From Bacteroidales bacterium (lineage in GTDB: Bacteria; Bacteroidota; Bacteroidia; Bacteroidales; UBA1715): a DNA stretch of 64,000 nt. A program made the translations under genes and the position numbers. The notes beneath the pieces were generated by a model that saw only the letters and a list, made by a program, of their open reading frames with translations, was not told the DNA's origin and did no database searches. This document shows positions 1 to 9,907 of the stretch, in pieces (within the stretch, counting starts at the first letter, position 1; each line of letters begins with the position of its first letter). The DNA lies in contig JAQICB010000049.1 of the NCBI GenBank assembly GCA_027858745.1, positions 50-64,049 of the forward strand, read 5' to 3'.

Positions 1-32
1 CCGAGGACAAAGGACGAGCTCAGCGGAGCTAA

Positions 33-70
33 TCTGAACTCGAAAAATTACGTCGAACTCAGGTTTATAA
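33..70 (-). repeat. Short intergenic repeat, copy 1
   Basis: The reverse complement (ttataaacctgagttcgacgtaatttttcgagttcaga) matches 35309-35346 at about 33 of 38 positions by eye, including an 18-nt perfect run. Lies ~27 nt downstream of the minus-strand DUF3108 gene stop. Confidence 0.65.
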
Positions 71-96
71 GCACACAGATTTATACGACACAAAAA

Positions 97-879
97 TTAT
101 TTTTTGGTTTTGGAAATTTTATTTTTAAGTCCGGAATGACTTACCAAATCGCATTTCAAGGAGCCTACCAACATATCGAACTCGACTCGCAAGGGAACAT
201 ATCCAATATCATCACTTAACCAAAAGCGCATATCATCTTCATTTTTGAACACCCTTCCTGTTTCCACAACCGGCTGGAATTTCAATGCATTAAAAGTTCC
301 TAATTTAGTAGTTATTTTTTCGCGTCCTTTAAAAACAATTCGGTACTCAAAAATCTCATCGGCAAAGTATGTCATAACAGCTATTGTGTCGTTTACTTCA
401 ACCCCATCAAAACCAAGTCTTCGTAGATAATACACACTTGAAATAATGTCATATATATTTTCCGGCACATCAATAACTCCGGATTTTTGACTTTTCACTC
501 TGTTTGTGCTATGATCGAACACAACTTCATTATAATATCGGTAATTATTCTCCTTAATATTGCGAATAGCCTTTATTGGTTTACAATCTACTTCATCAAA
601 AAAACTTTCATACACATCATCAATAGCAATAAACAAACGAGGAATACCAACTGTTTTTGCTTCCGCTTTTGCATGATAAATAACCCTCTCATCTTTCGTG
701 GAAAACTCCCGTAAGGTAAAAGATGCTTTTCCCCCGTCCATGACACCATAATATAATAAAAACTCGAGATTTTCTCCCACCTTATATGCATTGTTTGGCA
801 ATGCACTAACTGAATCTTGCGAAAACACATGTAATGTAGTAAGCAATGATACTGCGACAATAATTGCGATTCTTTTCAT
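97..879 (-). CDS. DUF3108-like secreted protein
   Basis: N-terminal signal peptide (MKRIAIIVAVSLLTTLHVFSQ). Block YKVGENLEFLLYYGVMDGGKASFTL ... AIDDVYESFFD ... VVFDH resembles the DUF3108 family pattern as I remember it. Confidence 0.6.
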   Translation of the reverse strand: MKRIAIIVAVSLLTTLHVFSQDSVSALPNNAYKVGENLEFLLYYGVMDGGKASFTLREFSTKDERVIYHAKAEAKTVGIPRLFIAIDDVYESFFDEVDCKPIKAIRNIKENNYRYYNEVVFDHSTNRVKSQKSGVIDVPENIYDIISSVYYLRRLGFDGVEVNDTIAVMTYFADEIFEYRIVFKGREKITTKLGTFNALKFQPVVETGRVFKNEDDMRFWLSDDIGYVPLRVEFDMLVGSLKCDLVSHSGLKNKISKTKK

Positions 880-940
880 AAAGGTAAAATTAAATAAATA
901 ATATGAGATACATACAATTTTAATGCCTGAATTTTATTTA

Positions 941-948
941 TATATTTG
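941..948 (+). promoter_or_regulatory. Candidate -7 promoter element for the TetR-recO unit
   Basis: TATATTTG (exact TAnnTTTG) ends 4 nt before the ATG at 953. There is no exact TTTG at the -33 position, only TTTTA. Confidence 0.3.
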
Positions 949-952
949 TTGA

Positions 953-1558
953 ATGGAAGCAAAAAAAGATTTAATACTTTCTCAAGCTCTTGAAATATTT
1001 CAGAAATACGGAATAAAAAGTATTTCAATGGATGATTTAAGTTCATCCATGCATATGTCTAAAAAAACTGTGTATAAATATTTCAAGAATAAAGAAGATT
1101 TAGTGGCACAACTTTTTTTGGGATATGTATCCGAAAAATTTCAAGAATTTCAAGAATCGCAAATATCAAAAAAGAAAAATGCAATTGATTATCTCATTGA
1201 CGTCCATTCTTTTTTATTCGAACAACAATCATTTTTCACGCCGGCAATCAACTACGACATTCAAACAAACTACCCGCACATTTTCAATAAATTACACAAA
1301 AAAACTATTGAAAATGCACAACTTCTTATTGAACACAACGTCGCATTAGGACAAGCACAAAAACTCTACAGAAAAAATATTAACACCTATATAATTATTT
1401 ACATTTTTAGTCATTTAAGCTTGTTCATTGAACAATCATTTGAGAATACAATTTCTTCCAAAGAATTATTCCATGAAATTTTACGCATGTTCATATACAG
1501 CGTAAGTAATAGTAACGGAATTTCATACTACGAATCGATTACAGACACAAAAGAATGA
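953..1558 (+). CDS. TetR/AcrR family transcriptional regulator
   Basis: N-terminal TetR-type HTH: ILSQALEIFQKYGIKSISMDDLSSSMHMSKKTVYKYFKNKEDLV. About 200 aa, the typical size. Confidence 0.85.
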   Translation: MEAKKDLILSQALEIFQKYGIKSISMDDLSSSMHMSKKTVYKYFKNKEDLVAQLFLGYVSEKFQEFQESQISKKKNAIDYLIDVHSFLFEQQSFFTPAINYDIQTNYPHIFNKLHKKTIENAQLLIEHNVALGQAQKLYRKNINTYIIIYIFSHLSLFIEQSFENTISSKELFHEILRMFIYSVSNSNGISYYESITDTKE

Positions 1559-2256
1559 TAACTCAAACAGATGGAATTGTTTTACATACCATAAAATACT
1601 CTGAATCAAGCATTATCGCACATATTTTCACGAAAGAATATGGTGCCGGCACATATATCATGAACAATGCACGAGGCAAACAATCGAAAATGGCATATTT
1701 TCAAACTTTTTCTCACGTAAGCATATCGGTATATCGCAAAAAAAATGTGTCAATGTATCGTATAACAAACATAGAGTTTGCAAGTATGCACTTTGCTATT
1801 TATTCTGATATACTAAAAGCATGTATGTGTCAATTTTTGGGTGAATTTTTACACAAAGTTCTTCATTCCGAAGAAACAAATAATGATCTCTATTCATACG
1901 TATTAAATAGTATAGATAATTTAGAGAATGCACAGAAAGTATCGGGCATTTTCCACATTAAATTTTTACTGCAAACTGCTGAACATTTCGGCATCGGACC
2001 TCATGATAATTGGACACCGACAAATCATTTTTTTAATGTACACGCAGGTAATTTTTGTCCGTACCACAATTCAGAATGCTTGAACGAAAAAACAAGTCTG
2101 AATTTACATAAAATAATGAACAACAGTCTTTCCCATCCGATTCCATTACAAGAAAAAATGATTTTGCTCGAAGCTCTTATAAACTATTACCGCATACATA
2201 TTCATTATTTCGGTGCCATCAAATCACTTGCCGTATTACAAACAGTTTTTGAATAA
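1555..2256 (+). CDS. recO: DNA repair protein RecO
   Basis: 233 aa. N-terminus TDGIVLHTIKYSESSIIAHIFTKEYG is a typical RecO OB-fold start. 4-nt overlap with the upstream TetR gene. Confidence 0.7.
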   Translation: MITQTDGIVLHTIKYSESSIIAHIFTKEYGAGTYIMNNARGKQSKMAYFQTFSHVSISVYRKKNVSMYRITNIEFASMHFAIYSDILKACMCQFLGEFLHKVLHSEETNNDLYSYVLNSIDNLENAQKVSGIFHIKFLLQTAEHFGIGPHDNWTPTNHFFNVHAGNFCPYHNSECLNEKTSLNLHKIMNNSLSHPIPLQEKMILLEALINYYRIHIHYFGAIKSLAVLQTVFE

Positions 2257-2365
2257 ACATTATTTATCGGGATTTAATCTTTACAAAAAAAATGCATTTC
2301 CTCCACGTTTATTTTAAAAATGTGCTTGATTATTCAACGGAAAGTTATTTTTTTGTACAAAAAAA

Positions 2366-3142
2366 ATGCGAGTACGTCCCAAGAAACATTTCGGTCAACA
2401 CTTTTTAAACAATACCGGCATTGCACACAAAATTGCAAACGGGCTCGACTGCAATGCATCTCAAAACGTGCTCGAAATAGGACCGGGAACAGGAAAACTC
2501 ACCCGCGAAATCCTCAAGTTACCTTGCACACTGCAAGCGGTAGAACTAGATACCGAATCGGTAGAATATCTTATAGAAAATAGTATTCTACCTCAAGAAA
2601 ATATTTTCCAAGAAGATTTTTTACGCATGGATTTTACAAAAATTTTCAAAGACGAGCAATTTTCTATTATAGGCAACTTTCCCTATAATATTTCAAGTCA
2701 AATTGTATTTAAAATTATTGAAAACAGGCACTACATACCCTTTATGACCGGCATGTTTCAGCGAGAATTAGCCCGAAGAATATGTTCGCCCGAAGGTAGT
2801 AAAGAATACGGAATAATATCAGTAATTACCCAAGCATTCTACACCGCCGAATACAATTTCACTGTTCACGAAAAAGAATTTAATCCACCGCCAAAAGTAA
2901 AATCCGGCGTTATCACACTCCGACGTAAAAAAGAATTATATTTAGATTGCGACGAGTCCTTATTTATTACCGTTGTTAAAACTGCATTTAACCAACGAAG
3001 AAAAACTTTATCAAATTCGTTAAAAAAATTACTAAACGGGCAAAAATTAGATAATAATTTCGGAAGTTTGCGACCGGAACAATTACATGTATCGGAGTTT
3101 ATATATTTAACGAATTATATACACTCATTAGCGAAAGAATAG
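2366..3142 (+). CDS. rsmA: 16S rRNA (adenine1518/1519-N6)-dimethyltransferase
   Basis: RPKKHFGQHFLNN start and SAM-binding VLEIGPGTGKLT motif. NFPYNISS block typical of KsgA/RsmA. Confidence 0.93.
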   Translation: MRVRPKKHFGQHFLNNTGIAHKIANGLDCNASQNVLEIGPGTGKLTREILKLPCTLQAVELDTESVEYLIENSILPQENIFQEDFLRMDFTKIFKDEQFSIIGNFPYNISSQIVFKIIENRHYIPFMTGMFQRELARRICSPEGSKEYGIISVITQAFYTAEYNFTVHEKEFNPPPKVKSGVITLRRKKELYLDCDESLFITVVKTAFNQRRKTLSNSLKKLLNGQKLDNNFGSLRPEQLHVSEFIYLTNYIHSLAKE

Positions 3143-3145
3143 GCG

Positions 3146-4513
3146 ATGAAATTTGAGTTAACAAAAGAATACATTCAAAACCTTTCAACCCTCATAGAAA
3201 CGAGAGATGATGAGGAACTGCTGGATATTTTTCATAGTCTCCACCCGGCAGATATTGCGGATATTTTGGAAGAGCTTTCGCACGAAGACGCTCGCTATAT
3301 TTTTCTGCAACTATCTCCCGAACTTGCAGCAAAAACACTGGTAGAAATTGAAGAAGATAAGATTGAGCGTCTTATTAAAGTTATTCCACCAAACATTATT
3401 GCAACCGAACTGGTTGAAAATATGGATTCTGATGATGCCGTTGATATACTTCAAAATATTCCGAAGCATATTGCATACGAAATCTTACAAAACTTTTCGA
3501 ATACCCAACATCAATATGATGTTGCAAAACTGCTTAATTACGACGAAGATACTGCCGGTGGTATTATGGCTACCGAACTTATACGGGTAAATATTAACTG
3601 GGATGTTCAAACCTGTTTGCATGAAATACGAAGACAGCACGAAGAAGTTGAAAACATTTTGTTGGCATATGTTGTTGACGACAAAAATAAATTAGAGGGC
3701 ACATTACCAATTACCAAATTAATAACAAATCACGAAAAAGTTCGTGTACAAGATATTTTTTTCAAAGATGTTCTTTCGGTGCAAACCTTTACTCCTGGAG
3801 AAGAGGTTGCATTAATAATGGAAAAATATGACTTATTTGTTTTGCCGGTAGTAGACAGTTTCAACCACTTAAAAGGACGAATCACTCTGGATGACATTAT
3901 TGATGTGGTACGTGAAGAATCTGACAAAGATTACCAGTTAGTATCGGGTATTACGCAAGATATTGAAGCAAACGATACTATTTTCCGCCAATCGAAAGCC
4001 CGATTGCCCTGGTTATTTATTGGGCTTATAGGAGGTGTTCTTGCCTCGCATGTAATTGGTTTTTTTGAAGGAGATATTCAAAAATTCACCGGTTTAGCAC
4101 TTTTTCTTCCTTTAATTGTAGCTATGGGAGGAAATGTGGGGGTACAATCTTCCTCAATAATTGTACAGAGTATTGCAAATGGTTCATTAAAATTCGAATC
4201 AATAGCACATAGAACATTAAAAGAATTGCTTGGCGGTTTATTAATTGGAGCTGTTTGTGCTTCTGCATTATTCGGATATAATTTATTAGTCGGGCAACAT
4301 TTGGCACTCACCCTTTCCGTGAGTATCGCATTATTCTCTATCATAATTTTCGCCTCAGCATTTGGCACCCTCATTCCACTTATACTTCACAAAATGAAAA
4401 TTGACCCAGCAATCGCAACAGGTCCTTTTATTACAACCCTAAATGACGTTATTGGTGGTCTTATTTATTTTTCTATCGCTCGACTGATTTTTGATATGAA
4501 TATCATTCTTTAA
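3146..4513 (+). CDS. mgtE: Magnesium transporter MgtE
   Basis: 455 aa. N-terminal MgtE_N-like acidic helical region, a CBS pair in the middle, and a C-terminal 5-TM domain with GGNVGVQSS and ATGPFITTLNDV motifs. Confidence 0.93.
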   Translation: MKFELTKEYIQNLSTLIETRDDEELLDIFHSLHPADIADILEELSHEDARYIFLQLSPELAAKTLVEIEEDKIERLIKVIPPNIIATELVENMDSDDAVDILQNIPKHIAYEILQNFSNTQHQYDVAKLLNYDEDTAGGIMATELIRVNINWDVQTCLHEIRRQHEEVENILLAYVVDDKNKLEGTLPITKLITNHEKVRVQDIFFKDVLSVQTFTPGEEVALIMEKYDLFVLPVVDSFNHLKGRITLDDIIDVVREESDKDYQLVSGITQDIEANDTIFRQSKARLPWLFIGLIGGVLASHVIGFFEGDIQKFTGLALFLPLIVAMGGNVGVQSSSIIVQSIANGSLKFESIAHRTLKELLGGLLIGAVCASALFGYNLLVGQHLALTLSVSIALFSIIIFASAFGTLIPLILHKMKIDPAIATGPFITTLNDVIGGLIYFSIARLIFDMNIIL

Positions 4514-4560
4514 TCAATTATTTATGTAATTTTGTAAGAACAAATTAATACGATTGTACG

Positions 4561-4980
4561 ATGATGAAGTGTTTTTTTCTTTTCATATGTTTTGTGTCTT
4601 TTACTCTATTTGCATTCAGCCAAGAAAATTCGGATAACAACAATAATACAGCAGAAATGAGTTTTGAGTATACCAATTTTAATTTCGACACTATTGTTTT
4701 TGCTCAAAAAGCAGAATGCATTTTTCAATATACCAACACCAGCAACGTTCCACTACAAATTACAGAAGTAACAAGTTCGTGTGGTTGCACAATTCCATAC
4801 TGGACAAAAGAACCTCTTGCGGTTGGAGATACTGCTCACATTTCCGTTTCATACAACACTCGCCGAAGCGGTAAATTTTCGCGAGGAATTACCGTTTTTT
4901 CAAATGCTCAAAACTCTCCCATAGTATTAACAATACAGGGGATTGTAACAACAAATAAAAATAAATTTATTATTGAATAA
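4561..4980 (+). CDS. DUF1573 domain-containing secreted protein
   Basis: Signal peptide followed by the characteristic DUF1573 core: FQYTNTSNVPLQITEVTSSCGCTIPYWTKEPLAVGDTAHISVSYN...GKFSRGITVFSNA. Confidence 0.75.
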   Translation: MMKCFFLFICFVSFTLFAFSQENSDNNNNTAEMSFEYTNFNFDTIVFAQKAECIFQYTNTSNVPLQITEVTSSCGCTIPYWTKEPLAVGDTAHISVSYNTRRSGKFSRGITVFSNAQNSPIVLTIQGIVTTNKNKFIIE

Positions 4981-4991
4981 TTATTTATTGT

Positions 4992-6191
4992 ATGCCTAGA
5001 ATATCTGACAGAGGCTTCCGAATGCCGGCCTCACCTATCCGAAAATTAGCTCAGTATGCTGAAGAAGCTAAACAACGTGGAATAGACGTATTACACCTCA
5101 ATATTGGACAACCCGATATTACGACGCCGAAACATGCAATCGATTCGATAAAAAACTTTTCGGACCCCTACATTTCATATTCTAATTCAGCAGGAAATTT
5201 ATCTTTACGAAAAGAGTTAGTAGAATATTATAAAACAAATGATATTGACATTTCACATAAGGACATACTCATTACAACCGGTGGTTCCGAAGCTATCTGT
5301 TTTGCCTATTACAGCATTCTGAATTATGGCGACGAAGTAATAGTGCCCGAACCGTTTTATTCGAACTATTACGGTTTTACAACAGAGACAGGTGCACGTA
5401 TGATTCCGGTTCGTTCAACAATTGAAAACGGATTTGCGCTGCCCGAAATAGAAGAATTCGAAAAAGTTCTTACTCCCCGCACAAAAGCAATTATGCTCTG
5501 CAATCCGAACAATCCGACCGGGTATGTGTATAGTCGGCATGAACTGGAACGAATTCGGGACATTGTGTTAGAAAACGACTTATTCCTCATTTGTGATGAA
5601 GTGTATAGAGAATTCTGTTACGACAACGATCATTACTCGGTAATGAATTTATCGGGAATCGAAGATAATGTGATTCTTGTTGACTCATTTTCGAAACGAT
5701 ACAATGTGTGTGGAATACGAATTGGTGCTCTTATTTCTCGCAACAAAGAAGTAATTTCAACATCCTTAAAATTTGCTCAAGCACGGCTCAGTCCGCCATC
5801 TCTTGGGCAAATTGTTGCAGAAGCATTACTCAAAACACCACAAGAATATTTAGACAAAGCATTTGAAGAATACAAAAGCAGACGTGATTTTGTTATTCAT
5901 GAATTAAACACCATAAAAGGTGTGTATTCGCCTATACCAAAGGGTGCCTTTTATTCAATTGTAGAATTACCCGTAGACAATGCCGAGAAATTTTGCCAAT
6001 GGCTCCTCGAAGAATTTGAATATAAAGGTACTACCGTGATGTTAGCTCCGGGAAACGGATTTTATACCGGAAAAAAATTAGGTGAACGACAAGTTCGCTT
6101 AGCATATGTTCTTAACAAAGAAAAATTAGCACTTGCAGTTGAATGTTTAAAAAAAGCATTAGAAATATATCCGGGTAACCTTTTAAAATAA
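4992..6191 (+). CDS. Pyridoxal-phosphate-dependent aminotransferase (class I, aspartate/aromatic-like)
   Basis: 399 aa. NPNNPTGYVYS block and PLP-lysine motif SFSKRY. Overall class I aminotransferase layout. Confidence 0.88.
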   Translation: MPRISDRGFRMPASPIRKLAQYAEEAKQRGIDVLHLNIGQPDITTPKHAIDSIKNFSDPYISYSNSAGNLSLRKELVEYYKTNDIDISHKDILITTGGSEAICFAYYSILNYGDEVIVPEPFYSNYYGFTTETGARMIPVRSTIENGFALPEIEEFEKVLTPRTKAIMLCNPNNPTGYVYSRHELERIRDIVLENDLFLICDEVYREFCYDNDHYSVMNLSGIEDNVILVDSFSKRYNVCGIRIGALISRNKEVISTSLKFAQARLSPPSLGQIVAEALLKTPQEYLDKAFEEYKSRRDFVIHELNTIKGVYSPIPKGAFYSIVELPVDNAEKFCQWLLEEFEYKGTTVMLAPGNGFYTGKKLGERQVRLAYVLNKEKLALAVECLKKALEIYPGNLLK

Positions 6192-6198
6192 CAATACT

Positions 6199-7521
6199 AT
6201 GGATGCTGAAATTTTAGCTCGAATACAATTTGCCGTGACTGTAGGTTTTCATTACATTTTTCCACCGCTTAGTATTGGTATTGGTTTAGTTATGGTAATA
6301 CTTGAGGGGCTTTTTTTAAAAACAAAAAATAAAGAATATGAAACATTAGTACGTTTCTGGACACGAATATTTGCGATAACTTTTGCATTAGGGGTATCAA
6401 CAGGAATTGTAATGGAATTCCAATTTGGCACCAATTGGTCAGCTTATTCACGTTTTGTTGGTGATGTTTTTGGCAGTCCGCTTGCAGCTGAAGGTATGTT
6501 TGCGTTTGCAATAGAAAGCACCTTCTTAGGTATATTGCTTTTCGGATGGAATCGCATTAAGCCATGGTTACATTTTGTAAGTACCATCGGCGTTTTTCTC
6601 GGCTCTATGTTTTCTGCGGTATGGATTGTCGTGGCAAACAGCTGGCAACAAACACCGGCAGGATATCATGTAATTGGCGAAGGAATTTCGGCACGAGCAG
6701 AAATAACAGATTTTTGGGCTATGGTTTTTAACCCCTCAAGTGTTGACCGAATAATTCATGTATGGATTGGATGCTTTTTAGCAGGTGCATTTATGGTCAT
6801 GAGTGTGCATGCATATTATTTGTTAAAAGGAAGGCATGTATCACTCTCAAAAAAAGCATTACCAATTGGATTGATTATAGCTACTGTTTTTTCGTTATCA
6901 CAATTAGTATCAGGACACAGTTCAGCAAACATTGTTGCGGAACACCAACCTGCTAAACTCGCAGCATTCGAAGGTCATTACGACACACTTGCTCCTGCTG
7001 ATTTATATTTATTGGGCTGGGTAAACGATGAAAAACAAAAAGTGAGTGGCATGAAAATTCCGGGTGGACTATCTTTTTTAATTGATTATGATTTCACAAC
7101 ACCGGTTACCGGTCTCAATGCTTTCGAAAAAGAAGACAGACCCTCACAAGTCAATGCCGTATTTCAATCCTATCACTTAATGGTTACTTTAGGGCTTTTC
7201 TTTATAGGAATTACACTCTACGGAATGTTCTTATGGTGGAAAAAGAAATTATTCGACACACGATGGATTTTGTGGATTTTTGTATTTTCGGTAATACTTC
7301 CACAACTTGCCAATCAACTGGGATGGATAGCAGCTGAAATGGGGCGTCAACCTTGGGTTGTGTATGGCTTACTACGAACAGCCGATGCTATTTCACCATC
7401 CGTAAACGAACATCAAATTCTGTTTTCTTTTATTATGTTTACCTTTATTTATAGTATATTATTCTTTTTATTTATTTATTTATTGCACAAAAAAATAAAA
7501 AAAGGTCCTGAATTGCAGTAA
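6199..7521 (+). CDS. cydA: Cytochrome bd ubiquinol oxidase subunit I
   Basis: N-terminus LARIQFAVTVGFHYIFPPLSIGIGL and C-terminal GWIAAEMGRQPWVVYGLLRT are hallmark CydA motifs. Multi-TM. Confidence 0.95.
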   Translation: MDAEILARIQFAVTVGFHYIFPPLSIGIGLVMVILEGLFLKTKNKEYETLVRFWTRIFAITFALGVSTGIVMEFQFGTNWSAYSRFVGDVFGSPLAAEGMFAFAIESTFLGILLFGWNRIKPWLHFVSTIGVFLGSMFSAVWIVVANSWQQTPAGYHVIGEGISARAEITDFWAMVFNPSSVDRIIHVWIGCFLAGAFMVMSVHAYYLLKGRHVSLSKKALPIGLIIATVFSLSQLVSGHSSANIVAEHQPAKLAAFEGHYDTLAPADLYLLGWVNDEKQKVSGMKIPGGLSFLIDYDFTTPVTGLNAFEKEDRPSQVNAVFQSYHLMVTLGLFFIGITLYGMFLWWKKKLFDTRWILWIFVFSVILPQLANQLGWIAAEMGRQPWVVYGLLRTADAISPSVNEHQILFSFIMFTFIYSILFFLFIYLLHKKIKKGPELQ

Positions 7522-7550
7522 TTATTACATGTCATAAGATCACAAAAAAT

Positions 7551-8582
7551 ATGGAAACATTTTTAGGGATTGATTATCCGACACTCTGGTTTATGGTTAT
7601 TACTCTGGTCTTTATAGGATATATAGTCTTAGACGGATTAGATTTTGGTGCGGGCATTTGGCATTTGCTTTTACGTAAAGAAGAGCACAAACAAACTTCA
7701 TTCAATGCAATTGGTCCTATTTGGGATGGAAATGAAGTATGGTTAGTAATAGGTGGTGGGGCATTATTTGCCGGGTTTCCACTTATGTACGCAAGCTTTT
7801 TTTCGGCACTCTATATTCCTTTTATGCTTTTTTTATTCGTCATTATTTTTCGAGCTGCTTCCATAGAATTTAGAGGGAAAGAACCAATGAAATGGTGGAA
7901 AAAAATATGGGACATTTTTTTTGGAATATCAAGTGCACTAATACCATTACTTTTGGGCGTTGTTCTTGGAAACATTGTTCAAGGCATAGAACTTGACAAT
8001 AATTATATATATCAAGGAAATGCTCTACTCGATTTTCTTACACCATATAGTTTAATAGTTGGTTTAACTGCCCTTGCTGTTTGCATAATACACGGAGGTT
8101 TATTTATGCTTATAAAAACCGAAGGCGACATGCACCAATTTTTCAAAAAAAGAATTAAAACAGCATTTGCCCTATGTTTTCTTTCGGTAATGCTTCTTAC
8201 AACATACACTTTTTCATCTTTTCCTCACCTTACCGAAACATACATAGAAAACCCTATTTTATGGTTAATTCCGGGTATTGCTTATGCATCTTTTATAAGC
8301 ATCTTTTACTTGATAAACAGACAAAAATATACCGGTGCGTTTCTCTTATCTTCATTGTTTATTGTGAGTATTATAATCACTGCAACTATAGAATTATATC
8401 CGGTACTTTTACCGAGCACAGGTTCCGAAGAATCGTTTATTACAGTTTACAATGCAGCATCCTCAGAAAAAACACTTAAAATAATGCTTATCATGAGTTC
8501 TTTCGGTATACCATTGTTACTGGGATACACAATATTTGCCTATACTGTATTCAGTGGCAAGACAAAAGAATTAGATTATTAA
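7551..8582 (+). CDS. cydB: Cytochrome bd ubiquinol oxidase subunit II
   Basis: Directly follows cydA. WFMVITLVFIGYIVLDGLDFGAG and IWDGNEVWL motifs. 343 aa polytopic membrane protein. Confidence 0.92.
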   Translation: METFLGIDYPTLWFMVITLVFIGYIVLDGLDFGAGIWHLLLRKEEHKQTSFNAIGPIWDGNEVWLVIGGGALFAGFPLMYASFFSALYIPFMLFLFVIIFRAASIEFRGKEPMKWWKKIWDIFFGISSALIPLLLGVVLGNIVQGIELDNNYIYQGNALLDFLTPYSLIVGLTALAVCIIHGGLFMLIKTEGDMHQFFKKRIKTAFALCFLSVMLLTTYTFSSFPHLTETYIENPILWLIPGIAYASFISIFYLINRQKYTGAFLLSSLFIVSIIITATIELYPVLLPSTGSEESFITVYNAASSEKTLKIMLIMSSFGIPLLLGYTIFAYTVFSGKTKELDY

Positions 8583-8684
8583 TAATCACATTTACAGAAA
8601 ATTACACCTTTTTAAATTCAAAAAGGATAATTATTTGTAATGTGGCTTAAAATTTGTATTTTTACAAAACAAAAATGTAATAAC

Positions 8685-9062
8685 ATGAAAAAAATTTCCA
8701 CGTGTATACTTTTTGTTATTGTAAATACAACGCTATTTGCACAAACAAATAAACAAATCAATTCAGCTTTAGAGAGCGGCAATGTCGAAATGCTATCATC
8801 ATTCTTTGACAGCCATATTGATTTAACAGTTTTATCCAATGAAGGCATTTACAGTAAAGCCCAAGCTCAGGTAATTTTAAAAAAGTTTTTTGCTGAGAAC
8901 TCTTCCGGAACATTTGAACTTCAACATGAAGGTGGTAATTCACAGGCAAAGTTTTACATTGGCACCTACAAAACAGCATCAAAAACATTTCGAATTTATT
9001 ACCTCACAAAACAAACAAACTCAAAAATTCACATTCAAAAACTGAGAATAGAACATGATTAA
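8685..9062 (+). CDS. DUF4783-like secreted protein
   Basis: Start moved to the internal ATG giving signal peptide MKKISTCILFVIVNTTLFAQ. Small protein overlapping the nadC start by 8 nt. Sequence (SGNVEMLSSFFDSHIDLTVL...SKAQAQVILKKFF) resembles DUF4783, which I recall being found next to nadC in Bacteroidota. Confidence 0.5.
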   Translation: MKKISTCILFVIVNTTLFAQTNKQINSALESGNVEMLSSFFDSHIDLTVLSNEGIYSKAQAQVILKKFFAENSSGTFELQHEGGNSQAKFYIGTYKTASKTFRIYYLTKQTNSKIHIQKLRIEHD

Positions 9063-9897
9063 TAATTCATTGATTGATAATCTTATTGCAATTGCATTTG
9101 CAGAAGATATTGGAGACGGAGATCACACAACACTTTCGTGCATTCCCAAAAACACAGAGGGCTCAGCACAACTACGTATTAAACAAGCCGGTGTATTATG
9201 CGGGGTTGAACTTGCAGAAAAAATTTTCGCACATTTTGATAAAACTTTACACATAGACATATTGCTTACAGATGGGACAATCATAAAACCGGGAGATATT
9301 GCTTTTACCGTAAGAGGAAAAACCCAATCGATTCTTCAAACCGAACGTCTTATTTTAAACTTCATGCAACGCTTAAGTGGGATTGCAACAACTACCAAAA
9401 TGTATGTTGACCTACTCGAGGGGACAGATACAAAAATTCTTGACACCCGAAAAACAACTCCGGGCATGCGATTACTAGAAAAATATGCAGTTCGTACCGG
9501 TGGCGGGTATAATCACCGAATAGGATTATATGACATGATTCTGATAAAAGACAATCATATAGACTATGCAGGCGGTGTTACCCAAGCAATAGAAAAGACA
9601 CAAAAATATTTACGCACAATCAACAAAGACCTAAAAATAGAAGTTGAAGCACGGAATTTTGATGAAATTGATGAAATTCTCAAATTTGACGTACACCGTA
9701 TTTTAATTGACAATTTCACTCCCGAAGAAACTCGAGAAGCCGTAAAACATATTAATGGTGCATGCGAAACGGAATCATCGGGCGGTATTACAAAGGAAAG
9801 TATTCGTGCATATGCCGAAGCGGGAGTTGACTTTATTTCCGTTGGAGCGTTAACTCATCAAATTACAAGTTTAGATATGAGTCTTAAAGCTATTTAA
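9055..9897 (+). CDS. nadC: Nicotinate-nucleotide diphosphorylase (carboxylating)
   Basis: 280 aa. DIGDGDHTT, ERLILNFMQRLSGIAT, ILDTRKTTPGMRLLEKYAV and MILIKDNH motifs typical of quinolinate phosphoribosyltransferase. Confidence 0.95.
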   Translation: MINNSLIDNLIAIAFAEDIGDGDHTTLSCIPKNTEGSAQLRIKQAGVLCGVELAEKIFAHFDKTLHIDILLTDGTIIKPGDIAFTVRGKTQSILQTERLILNFMQRLSGIATTTKMYVDLLEGTDTKILDTRKTTPGMRLLEKYAVRTGGGYNHRIGLYDMILIKDNHIDYAGGVTQAIEKTQKYLRTINKDLKIEVEARNFDEIDEILKFDVHRILIDNFTPEETREAVKHINGACETESSGGITKESIRAYAEAGVDFISVGALTHQITSLDMSLKAI

Positions 9898-9907
9898 AAC
9901 AAAGTTA

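Noticed and set aside
1-219. Frame +1 is open from the window edge to ~219 (PRTKDELSGANLNSKNYVELRF...)
   Set aside because: It would overlap the well-supported minus-strand DUF3108 gene by more than 120 nt, and its translation has no recognisable features. Only the first ~30 nt (GC-richer) might belong to something upstream of the window, and that cannot be judged from here.
245-860. ORFs of 61-90 aa (245..430 +, 487..714 +, 588..860 -) overlapping the DUF3108 gene
   Set aside because: They lie entirely inside or antisense to a longer, better-supported gene. Their translations are low-complexity with no recognisable motifs. These are typical shadow ORFs of an AT-rich sequence.
3143-3145. Looked for an M-box (Mg2+) riboswitch upstream of mgtE
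   Set aside because: mgtE starts 3 nt after the rsmA stop, so there is no leader in which a riboswitch could reside.
8607-8626. AT-rich hairpin (ccttttt-aaattc-aaaaagg) after cydB as a possible terminator
   Set aside because: The stem is almost entirely A/T with only two G-C pairs, and no T-run follows it. Too weak to call.
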